In this document: in pieces, positions 12,320 to 23,119 of the stretch
Numbering within the stretch: the stretch's first letter is position 1
Layout of the letters: each line of letters starts with the position of its first letter
Origin: Cetorhinus maximus
Lineage: Eukaryota
NCBI RefSeq assembly: GCF_964194155.1
Contig: NC_135882.1
Location: forward strand, 135,470,001-135,534,000
Direction of reading: 5' to 3'
Length of the DNA stretch: 64,000 bases
Notes under the pieces: generated by a model
Databases searched by the model: none
Seen by the model: the letters and a program-made list of their open reading frames with translations, nothing else
Told to the model about the DNA's origin: nothing
Made by a program: the position numbers and the translations under genes

Positions 12320-13958
12320 AGGACAATTGAACTTGGTTTTCGGCATGGCTTTATGTTTGAAAATTACCAGAGGGTTTAATTTTGTTCCGTTGGTCATGCA
12401 GGCTAATACCACCATGAATCGTGTCTTCTCATGTCCTAAGGTTTTCACTAGAATGGTTTTTGAATCTCTCCACTCCATAGCTCGGCTGCTGGGCATATCA
12501 AAATCCATGTGCATTTCATCAATGTTGCAGAAGTGGCATAATGAGTGCTCATGTTTTTGATGCTGTCTGGTGACGAGTAGCTGGAAATTTTGACATTTTG
12601 GTAGCCTCTGAGTGACCTTGGACTTCTGCCGCAACACTAGGCATTTTTGTTCCATAAAGTGGCTACACCAACCAGCTGGTGCTCAAAAATCTTTGCTGGA
12701 CTCAAGGTTTGATTTGGCCCACTTAAGTGCATAAAAATGCATTGCATTTCTGGTGATGATGTAGCCATTCTGACAATTTTTGTGGATGCATTCCAATACA
12801 TGCTTCTCAGGATCAGGCCAGTGGCTGGTCTCTGTTCTCATGGTGCATTTAGTCTTGGGCATCTTCTTCAGGGTGGATTCCTTCTTCTTCCATTCTTGCA
12901 CTAGTTTTTCACTCAAACCCAATTAACTCGCTGCAGTTATTTGACGAGTTAGCAAATGTTATGACTTTTAGCTTGAAAGCAGCTTCATACTTCATTCCTT
13001 TCTTTGGAAGACTTACTTCCCTTCATTGTTTGCCATGTGTGGTCTACTCTGTGAGAGCGTGTCTTAAACTCTGGCCCATCTTCCTAACATATCTCGTATC
13101 GTTGCTCAAATTTTTGAGATACCTTGCCCTTAAAGGGTAATCTGAGGTAGACTGGGCACTTTTTAGGGTTGAAAGTGATGGCCTTAGGCCCGTTCATGAG
13201 TTTGCGTGATATACAACGTGAAATGACTTGATCAGGATAGCCCCCATTATCCCGCAGGATGCCTTCGATGCATCTTATTTCAGCATCAAGCTTGCGTGAT
13301 GAGCAAATGGCTCGGGCCAATAGGTTTGGTGCATTAATACACAGTTCTTTGCAGACAGAAAGAACATGGACACACATTGTACCTGTTTCAGCTAAACAAA
13401 ATAAGTGACAGCCATTTGCTGATTCATTTCTCAAGGCAATGCCTTGACCAATCAGGGACAAGCTGCCTGGCTTAAATTTCGAACAATGCTTTGCAGCTAA
13501 CTGCCAGTCACCATCAATTGGTGCATTCTCCATGACACTGCCTCTACCAATTAGAGTCCACTTGCCAACCGATCAGCACTCTCTTCTCATACGTTATAAA
13601 TTGTTGTTTTCCCCATATATTGGTATTCTTGCGAGTGCAAGGCGAAAAGCTTCAAGAAGTCTCTTTTTTTCAGCAGTGTTATTTATTTACAACTCAATGC
13701 ACTACTTTGGAACACTGCACAAGGTTAGACTTTTCCTTCCTTCCCATCTCTGTTACTTAGTCATATGTCATTGCTCATAGTTACATAAACATTAGGTGCC
13801 TCTGATGTTAACTCTTTACAGGAATGCAAGTATAGCATGTCATGGCTGAAAAGAGGGATTGACTTATACACCATGTATGCGCAAAAACATGACTTTTGTG
13901 GTCAGAAAAATGGGGTTGTCTTATATGGTGAGTTAACGTTTATGCGGCAATCTATGGC
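12320..13958 (-). mobile_element. pogo-superfamily (POGK/Passer-like) DNA transposon relic, interrupted by a Penelope element
   Basis: The minus strand gives a Brinker-like DBD (KYEAAFKLKVITFA...SEKLVQEWKKK), a CENP-B HTH region (HWPDPEKHVLE) and the start of DDE_1 (CNIDE..FDMP; GHEKTRFMVVLAC). A degenerate TACCGTA-like terminus with gacttata motifs lies at ~13860-13958. Confidence 0.8.
13084..13680. mobile_element. Penelope-like element (family 2) fragment with inverted 5' part
   Basis: 13084-13325 (minus) encodes RAICSSRKLDAEI..ILRDNG.YP (PLE RT C-terminus/linker). 13345-13680 (plus) matches the 3' end of the copy at 49720-50540. Confidence 0.8.
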
Positions 13959-14358
13959 AAAGTTCTTTCTTCACGTTATTATTGGCTTCTCAACAGCAGA
14001 AAAGTGACAATTTTTATAGAATATTAACCATTAATATTGTAAACTGCAGCAAAAATCACTTTGAAGGGTCTCAGGGTGATGTACACATTATGCTGATGTA
14101 AGAGTCCCAGACTATTCTATGTGCAGCTTCAAGAGTAACTTATTCTCATTTATGTTGACTTAAGTGCTGGAGCTGAGAGGAAGGGCAAGAAAGAAAAGAC
14201 TTGCATTCATTTAACACCTCTCACATGCTCAGGACATCCAAAATCACAGCCAATAAAACACTTGGCAATATTAGTCACTGCTGCAATGGAGGACATGCTG
14301 CAGCCAATTTGCACACAACAGAGTGCCCCATGCTGCAATGGGATAACAACCTGATAAT

Positions 14359-15476
14359 GGGCCATAACTTTCAAGCTCCAGGGTGTTGTACTGGGGCGGT
14401 TACCCCAAAGATGCACTGGGTTCACAGGTAGGATTTTCATGGCAATTCCCCAGGAGTGCATACTTCCCCCGGGCAATTGCCCTGCACTGGGAACCATCTG
14501 AAAATGCAAATTAAATTGCAAACTTCATATGGTTCCCACTGGGTAACACCAGTAGTTACCCAGAAAAAGTTAGAAGTATTAAACCTGGGTAACTATTGCA
14601 CAAAATCAGACCAACACTCCTCATGACTCTTTCACCTACCTGACCCCCCAGGGACTCCCCCACCACACCCCCGTCAGGACTACCCCATCCCCAAGGGACT
14701 ACAAGTCCCCGACAGGAACTCCCCAACCCATGGATTCCCCCCACTCCCAAGGAGAGGCTTCCCCACATTCCCAAGCCCAAACCTGCCCCCCTTCCCCCAG
14801 GCTCTCCCTGACTGAAGACCAACAGCAAACCCTCATGCCTCCTGAGGCCCAGTACTCCACCCCAATGCCAGATACCCCTCTGAGACCTGACACCCATCTG
14901 CCCTGAGGCCCGACACCACCCTCCCACCGAGTTCTGATCCGACCTTCGACCTCGACCCCCGAACTCAGACAACCCTGACTACTGACTCTTGGACCTCCGA
15001 CCACTGACTCCGCACCTCTGACCCCCAGGCATCCGACCCCAGACTTCTGACTCCCCCACCTCCGACCATCCCCGCCCTCCAGGACCTCCAACCCCCACCA
15101 GCCTTAGACCTCGCCTCTTCCGGACCCTCTGGACTCCCGTGACCTCCGACCACTGCCCCCCGCCCCCCAAACCCTTACCCACTTATCTTATACACTTACC
15201 TTCTCCCTGGCCTGTCTCGGAACTTTAAACTTCAATGGACCTTTCACTTAGCTGGTTTACAGCAGCTCATGCCACAAAAAGGGGGTGCGGCATTCTTCCT
15301 TTTGACAGAACTACCCTTCAAGGCTAGGCCCCCGGGGATGTGCTGCGCTGCTTGGATCTCACCCAGCCTGAATCAGAAGGCCGGGTGAGATAGGCTAGGA
15401 AAAAAATTTTAAGTAAAAAAACTAGGAGCAGAGTGGCAATCTGATGCTGATTGCCACTCCGAGGAAATTCAGGCCC
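14359..15476. mobile_element. Harbinger-type non-autonomous element (~1.1 kb family B) inside a SINE
   Basis: Termini gggccataactttc / gaaattcaggccc with TSD AAT/AAC. C-rich low-complexity interior. Shares the agttacccag/ctgggtaact hairpin with 47600-49350. Confidence 0.75.
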
Positions 15477-15487
15477 AACCTGTTTTA

Positions 15488-15616
15488 GGCCGGGATTTTC
15501 CGGCCCCGTCACGGGCGGGACCTGCCGCAGGCGAGGTGCCACCCCAGCCAGAAGTCCATTGGCTTACGGTGGGACCGGAAGATCATGGTGGCGGGCGGGT
15601 GCAGAAAACCCCTCCC
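15488..15616. mobile_element. Tourist-like mini-MITE (~128 bp family C)
   Basis: TIR ggccgggattttcc / gaaaacccctccc with perfect TTA TSD (canonical PIF/Harbinger). Confidence 0.88.
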
Positions 15617-16148
15617 TTAATGGTGTTTGAGGGATAAAATCTGGCCAGGTCATGAGGGATAACTCCCCTGCTCTTCGTCATTTATGTCCACCTAAAGTGG
15701 CATATGGAGCCTTGTTTTAACATCTTATATGAAAGACAGTCCTGCACTATTGTTCTAACTTAGATTATGTGCTCAATTCTCTGGAGATACGGGATTTGGT
15801 ATAATCGTAAATCACATGCCTCTCAGAATCTTCTTATACCTCCTGACATTCAGTGAGAGATTGATGCCTGCCTCATGGCCAGGCTTCTGTTAACAAAGAC
15901 TTCAGCCTCTGCTCCAGCTCATCTTGTTAATGTCTATAAATCTGGTTTAACCTCTGAGGAAAATCCTTCCTTTCTGAAATTTTACCTAAACAGAAATAAT
16001 AATGTAGATATATTTTTATTAGATCAAAGTATCAAGGGGATATGGAGCAAAGGCGGGTTAATTGAAGTTGAGGTGCAGGTCATTATGATCTAATAGAATG
16101 GCGGAGCAGGCCCTATAGGCTGAATGGCCTTAACATCCCTACCTTTTG

Positions 16149-16830
16149 GGGCAGAATCTTTAGGCTGGCGGGCACGATCGGTGGGCCTGGGATTGGCCAG
16201 GGAGCAGACTGCCGATTGCGATCGGCCCCCAACCACGATTTCACACTGGCTGGCCAATTAACGGCCAGCCAGCGTGAAGCACTCACTGAAATGCTCAGCG
16301 CTGCAGGGGTGTGGGCAGGCACTGATGTGAGCGCGGGCAAGGGCGAGCGCTGAATGTAAGCTCCCTGAAGGCAGAGAGCTGCCTGACAGAGCTGAAGACT
16401 TGAAAACAATGAAATAAAATTGTTTAAATCAGGAAAAATATGTCCACCAATCACAATCAGTCACCTGAACATATACATGATAAAAATGCTGTCCATAGAT
16501 TTTAATTTTAAAAAATTTATTAACGGTAACCTCATCCCGTCCTTGGATGAGGTTTCATGAAAAACGCAAAGTCCGCCTGGCCGATTCGCCCATCCACTAA
16601 CCGGTTGGTCGGACGGACCACGAAAAATCTGAGACAATTGCGACTTCAATTGCACTAATTGGGCCTCTTAATTGTCGGCGGGTGCGCTTCAGACTTTTGC
16701 ACGTAACCACCGACTGAAATATCGCGTCAGCGCAGGGTGAGGTCAGGACACTCGCCCAATGTCATCTCGCGTGATTTCACGTCCAATCAGGTCAGGCGTG
16801 GGCCCGCCCGCCAACCTAAAAATTCTGCCC
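16149..16830. mobile_element. Harbinger-type MITE (family A-related)
   Basis: gggcagaatct / aaattctgccc termini; TSD TTG/CTG. Confidence 0.85.
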
Positions 16831-18469
16831 CTGGAATCTTGGAATGAACAAGAGAGGGCTGCAGCAAGAAATAAAGAAATGGAGTTGACTTAAACTAGAG
16901 CAAAGGTACATTGTTAAACAGGAAAACAACCCGTGAGGAAGGAACCCAGCCACCTGCACTGTAACTGCATTGACCCTAGACCCCACCCCCACCCTCCTCT
17001 CCTCGGGTTTCCACAGTGTGCTTGTGACAATGCGTCCTCTTGTCAAACGAGGTCAGCACAATAATACTCCACGCACCGCCAGAAGGCCGGTTATTGTTCT
17101 TCGCACTGCATGCGACCCTTCCAAGAACCAGCCCCGTCCCCATGGCCCCAAGGAAGGGCGACTAAACTCCCAGGGGTGGCTCAAGTGTTATGTGTAAGCA
17201 CCACGTGTAGCTGGAGCCTTGGCAGCACATCTTACCATTGGGTTGTGAGGTGGCCTCCGGTGAGATCTGAACAAAGAAAGTGTTTTTTTTTATATATACT
17301 TCAAACATGTGCTGTCAAACAGAATAAGTGATTTGATACGCTTGATCCTATTGCTTTTGGCTAGGAGTCTGGGAAAACTTGGCACAGAATTCACAAACCA
17401 AACTTCAGACAATAACCTCTCTTACCTGGAAAAATAGTTTGTACAAGAAAAAGCTGAAACAACTTTAGGTAAAACACTTGCAAACCAGCCCAAGTATTGG
17501 GTAATGGTATTGGAAAGTGGGGGTAGGGTTGGCTCGGGATTCAGAAAGCAGAAGGAGACTGTACGAGTGCAAAGCCCTTTAACACTGGGAAGACAAAACA
17601 ACATTTTTGCATTTACATATTGCTTAATCCCATCTGTCAAAAACATCTCCGAGTGGTTCACATTCCACAAAAATGCTCATTTTCCCTCTGAAGTCTGAAG
17701 GGTAAGGCAGTGAAGCAATTATAGAGCTGGACTAGTTATCCAGGAGAATGCAAATTCAAATCCACATCAAATTGTGGCAGCTTAAAAATTTGAATTAAAA
17801 TATCCAGAAATGAAAACAAACTGGTCACACACATTAGTCCTGCATTTAACATACAATTCAGAGATTGTGAGTTCAAATCCCATCGTTAGAGTTTGAGAAG
17901 TAGCATATAGATTTCACCAATCTAAAAATAAAATGCTGGTAACAGTAAAAGTGACCATATCAGAAGGTATCGGAAGACAACTAGTTCACTTTAAGGAAGA
18001 AAACCCACTGTCCTTATCTGGTCCAATTTATATGTGGTTTCAATCCCACACTAAAGCCCTTGGCAGCAAAATTGGACAGCTTCGATCATGCTTACCCCGT
18101 GCCCACCGACTTTGTGCTGACTGCTTATTACCATGATTGTTGCATGGAAAGGCTAATCACGCTCTGGAGTGCACATCTGAGCAGAGGTCCCAAAATTGTG
18201 AGAGGCTAGTATAAGTTATGAAGTGTTTTGTCACTTCTTAACAATTAAGAATACTCACACAACTATCTGCTTCAGAGCTCCAAATTTTTGTATGAAGAAA
18301 AGAAGATTCCTTTATTCTTCATTCTCCACAAAGAGGGCAATGCATCCTGGACTTAGCATACCCTACTGGCAGGTTCTATATAACAATTCTTTTTAACTAA
18401 AAGGTCCTTCTACAAAGAAGCATAAACATTACACACAAACATCACATCTCCTCCCCCTTTATCCAGGAA

Positions 18470-21400
18470 CAAATTGGTCAGATGGTTCGCAAATTCGCTT
18501 TGGTCTGAAGAGGACCGTTGCCTTAGGTATCTGTTTGTTTGCTTAGAAATGGAAGGTTCTGCTGTTCCACTTGTTTCTGTTCAGATTCAACAGTTGCAGC
18601 TACAGGTGCTACAGGTTTGTCAGTTGAAACAAATCAGGTTTCACCAACTGGAGTAGATGTTTCCCAGAAATCTTCCACTGTGGCTGGAGATCCCTGGAAA
18701 TTTGGTTCCTTGGAATTGGCTTCTCAAATCTGGTCAGTGTGTCTCTGCCAGTTCCACAGGAAGATTCAACATCATAGGCCAGTGGTCTTCGACACTTGAT
18801 GATTCTTCCCAGGAGTCACTTTGGTGTTCCACAGTAATTTCGGATCCAACCAGACTAATTCAGATTAAACTCATGAGCTGGTTTACTTGTGTCATGTGAC
18901 CTTTTCTGATCAAGTTGCCTTGAACCAATCTTTCCTTTCAAATCTGGACACAACAAATCCATTCTGGTATGCAGTCATCTTCCAAACATCAGCTCAGCCT
19001 GTTGTTGAATGTGGAGCGTTACGATACATCATCAAAAAGTTCTTCAGCTTCAACTTCCAATCTGCATGCGTCCTCCCCTTCAATATGGCCAATTTGAATG
19101 TCTGGACAAAGCTTCACCATTTGAGGATGGGTGGTAAGGCGAGATGAGAATCTGCTTGATCCCATGTTTTTCAGGAATGTTTGAAATTCACATGATGTGA
19201 ACTGTGTGTCATTGTCAGACACAATCTGCTCTGGCAATCCAAAAGGAGTGAACACATTCCGGAGAGCATCAATGGTCTTTGCTGAAGTAGTCGACATCAT
19301 GGGAATAACGAGGCCACTTTGTGCAGGCATCCACCAAAATCAGGAATGTATGTCCGAGAAGTGGTCCGACAAATTCCACATGAAGTCTCTGCCATGGGTA
19401 GTCAGGCCAAGCCCATGGATGTAATGGGGCAGGGACAGGAGAAGACTTCATTTCTTGGCATGGAAGGCAATCACTGACCATGCGTTCGATGTCTTTATCC
19501 AGGTGTGGCCACCATACATGTAGATGAGCTAATGGTTTCATTTGGACGATTCCCATGTGACTGAGGTGAAGTTCTTCTAACACTCGTGTTTGGAATTTTG
19601 GAGGAATAAAATCTCTGATTCCCCATAACAGACAACCGTCTTGCAGAGTCAGCTCAAATCTACGCATGTAGTAAGGGTTAAGCTCAGTAGTCACTTCTTG
19701 AGGTACATACCAACCCTTCTGTGTGTACAGGCAAACTTTGGAGAGCACGGCATCCCTCTGCGTTTCAAGTCGAATTTGATCCACTTTAACAGGTAACATG
19801 TCTATCTGGTTCACATCGAAAGCAGTGACTTCACTTCAGGCTGTAGAGCTGTGGTGCATCCGCTTTTCCATGATTCTCAGTAGAACAAAATGTAATTTCA
19901 TACTAGTAAACAGATAAGATCAGTGACCACCTCTGTAGGTGTGCAGCAGCAAGTATCAGGGTTTGTGACTTTGGGCTAAGCAACCAGGCCAAAGGCTTGT
20001 GGTCTGTAATTAATGTGAATGTATGCCCATACAAATATTGGTGGAACTTCTTGACTCCATAGATTAATCCAAGAGCTTCCTTTTCAATTTGGGCATAATT
20101 TTGTTCTGCCTTGGGCAATGTATGTGAGGCGTATGCAATAGGAAATGCGTGGGAGATGACAGCTCCAACACCATATCCAGATGCATCACAAGCCAGGCTG
20201 ACTGGTAACTTTTCATTGAAATGTGCCAGGACTTTAGCAAAAGTGAGCTCCTGCTTGAGTCCCTTGAAGCTTTCCTGACAGGCTTGTGACCAATCCCATT
20301 TTGCATTCTTCTTCAGCAGATTATTCAGTGGTGTTGCCTTGGTAGCCAAACTGGAAATGCACTTGCTGTAGTAATTCACAAGTCCCAAAAACAAACGAAG
20401 CTCCTTAACATTTTTAGGCTGTGGTGTATTCACCACTGCCTCCACCTTTCTGGCTGAGGTTGAGTGGCCAGTTTTGTCGATCACATGTCCCAAGCACTCC
20501 GTTGAGGGCTTCAGGAATGAGCATTTGGATTTCTTACAGCAGATGCTGTATTTTTCCAATCTATGCAGGACATTGCCCAGGTTTTCTAAATGAGTTGGGA
20601 GGTTTTTCCCGCTGATGAGCATGTCGGCTTGGAAGCAGATTACACCAGGGAGGCCCTGCAGTATTTAGTCCATGGCCGGCTGGAATAAGGCTGCTGATGA
20701 CATGATTCCAAATGGTAGTCGTTTGTATTGATATAGACCTCTCTGTGTGCTGATGGTTGTATACTTCCTGGAATCTTCACTCAGCTGAATTTGCAAAAAT
20801 TCCTGTGATAGGTCAAGCTTTGCGAATAATTCACCTCCACTCAGAGCAACGAACAGGTCCTCAATTTTCGGTAGTGGGTACTGATGCGCTTCCAGGAAAG
20901 GATTAATGGTGATTTTGTAGCCACCACATATTCTGATAGATCTGTCATCCTTCGCTACTGGGACTATTGGAGCTGCCCATTCTGCATAATCAACTTTAAT
21001 CAACTTGCTCAATTATCTGAAAGTTTTCAAGTTGTTCTAGCTCTTGCTCGATTTTCTGTCGCATTGAGTAGGGAACTGAATGTGGTTTGGAGAAGCTTCA
21101 GCCTTCACAGCAAGTTTGGCTTTAATGTCTTTAATAACTCCAAGACCTTCTTTGAAGACATCAGTATGCTTGTCTAACAATGTCTGCAACGTGCGGTTAC
21201 AATGCACTTTATTTATTTTATTCCAGTCCAGCTGAATTTCTTTTAGTCAGATTCTGCCCATAAGCAATGGACGATCCCCTTTCACAATGATAAGTGGCAA
21301 CCTTGCTATTTGATCTCAATATTTAGCTTGAATGGGCATTTTTCCAAGTATATTCACAGGCTCACCAGTGTAGGTGCTAAGCTGAAGGAGGATTTTCTCC

Positions 21401-22394
21401 AATGGACATTTCTTGAAAATTTTCTCCCATGTCTTCTCTGAAGCAATAGAAACAGATGCTCCAGAGTCAACCCCCATTTCAACCATTTTATCATTTAAGA
21501 CAATGCCAACTTTTAGTGCTTCATCTAGTTTCAGATCAGACTGAATGCAATACAATTGCTCTTCTGCATTGTCACTGTTAGTTTCATTTTCTGTCTCATC
21601 TGGACTCGCATTACTTTTGTATTTTGTTTCCAAGTAATGTGTCTTTTTAAACTGCCTGTTTGTTTTCAAGTGTGACTTGTCTGTGTGCTCCTCTTGATGC
21701 CCTTTTCTTGACGGTGCTGCTTTACTGTGATCAGCCTTTGATCTACATGCACGCTGTATGTGTCCTTTTTTTTCCCACAGTTGCGACAAATGGTGGTTTT
21801 CCACTTACAGGATTCTGCATTATGCCCTATTCCATTACAGCGGTAACATGTTTGAAAGTGAGTATACCCTGACTTTACTATTTTAACTTTGGCATTGTTG
21901 GAATGCGCTTTCAAATCTCCATCTTGTTTTTCTGCCATTTCTATGCTTTGCACAATCTCACTTTCTTCAGTGTCAACTCTTGCTCCACTAAGAACCTACG
22001 CTGAATTCTTTCATTTCTTAGTCCACAAACCAAGCGATCGCACAATGCTTCTTTCAGGTAACCTTTAAAGTCACACTGTTCCACTAATTTTCTCAACTCA
22101 GCCATGCTGTTCACTTCTGTGAAACTTGAATCCCTTGGCAATAATTGCTGGTCTTGGATTGCAGAGCTTTTTCTAAACGTCCACAAGCTCTTTAAAGCTT
22201 TTATCTGCTGGCTTGTCAGGAGCAATGAGATTTCGCAGTAAAGTGAAATTTTTCATTCTGTTAACTGTAAGAAACACTGAGGCCTGCTTTTCCTCTTCAA
22301 TCTCATTCGCAATGAAAAACTGTTCCATTTGCTCAACATAAACTACAAAGTCCGTAGTAGCTGGTTCAAAAGTCTCTAATAAAGATGATCCCAT
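18470..22394 (-). pseudogene. gag-pol pseudogene of Gypsy copy 2
   Basis: gag (MGSSLLETFEP; LCDRLVCG), two CCHC knuckles (CYRCNGIGHNAESC and CRNCGK/KGHIQRAC), protease VDSGAS, RT (WAAPIVPV, RLPFG), RNase H (CDASGYGVGAV, EKEAL, TDHKPL), integrase (H..H..CxxC, PWQRLH, SDND). Confidence 0.93.
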
Positions 22395-22405
22395 CCTCGT
22401 CACCA
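22388..22405 (-). promoter_or_regulatory. Primer-binding site complementary to the tRNA-Ser(GCT) 3' end
   Basis: Plus strand atcccatcctcgtcacca vs vertebrate tRNA-Ser(GCT) 3' end ATCCCATCCTCGTCGCCA as recalled (17/18). Confidence 0.85.
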
Positions 22406-22682
22406 TTTGAAGTGTTTTGTCACTTCTTAACAATTAAGAATACACACGCAGCTATATGCTTCAGAACTCCAATTTTTTTGTATGAAAAGAAGTTTCCTTT
22501 ATTCTTTATTCCCCACCAGACGGCAATACATCTGGACTTGGCACACCCTACTGGCAGGTTCTATGTAACAATTCTTTTTAACTAAAACGCCCTTTTACAA
22601 ACATCACAAGTTAAAGCTAGCTTACGTTGCTTAAAGTTGGTGAGAGGGTTGAGAGTACTGGCTGGAATATTAAAAAAAAGAA

Positions 22683-23112
22683 AGACTTGCATTTATTTAG
22701 TGCTTTACACGATCACTGGATGCCTCAAAGTACTCTGCAGCCAATGAATTACTTTAGAAGTGTAATGTAGGAAATGCAACAGCCAATATCTGTACAACAA
22801 CTTCCCACAAACAGCAATGTGATAATGACCAGGTAATCTGTTTTTGTGATGTTGATTGAAGGATAAATATTGGCCAGGACACCAGGAATAGGGCCCCTGC
22901 TCTTCTTCAAAACAGTAGCATGGGATCTTTCACATCCACCAAAGCAGGCAGAATTGGCCTCAGTTTGACATCGCACCTGAAAGACAGCACCTCCAACAGT
23001 GTGGCACTCCCTCACTACTGCACTTGATTTTTGCACTTAAGCCCTGGAGTGGGACTTAAACCCTGAACCTTGTGACTCAGAGGTAAGACTGCTACCAACT
23101 GAACCACAGCTG
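22683..23112 (-). mobile_element. Near-complete tRNA-derived Deu-domain SINE (SacSINE1/AmnSINE-related)
   Basis: The minus strand starts tcagctgtggttcagttggtagc (A box), then a B-box-like ggtttaagtccc, a Deu-like core and the tail aaatgcaagtctttcttttt. Confidence 0.8.
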
Positions 23113-23119
23113 ACCATGA

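Larger units (their letters stand above)
14195..15790 (-). mobile_element. Deu-domain SINE interrupted by two MITEs
   Basis: Tail aagaaagacttgcatt at 14195. The SINE resumes as ctgtttt and tggtgtttgagggataaa after the insertions. Confidence 0.7.
18219..22608 (-). mobile_element. Decayed full-length Ty3/Gypsy LTR retrotransposon (Mag-like), copy 2 (different family from copy 1)
   Basis: LTRs 18219-18446 and 22408-22608 (TG...CA) with a perfect 5-bp TSD (AGTTA). PPT at 18447-18460 and tRNA-Ser(GCT)-type PBS at 22388-22405. Confidence 0.97.

Noticed and set aside
12263-13036. Functional POGK gene
   Set aside because: Frameshifts, a truncated DDE domain and a transposon terminus nearby.
14556-15182. 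Gly-rich minus-strand ORFs
   Set aside because: By-product of the C-rich low-complexity interior of a MITE.
17422-17670. Minus-strand ORF ending at a CAG|GTAAG donor
   Set aside because: No recognisable protein similarity, no convincing acceptor and no partner exons.
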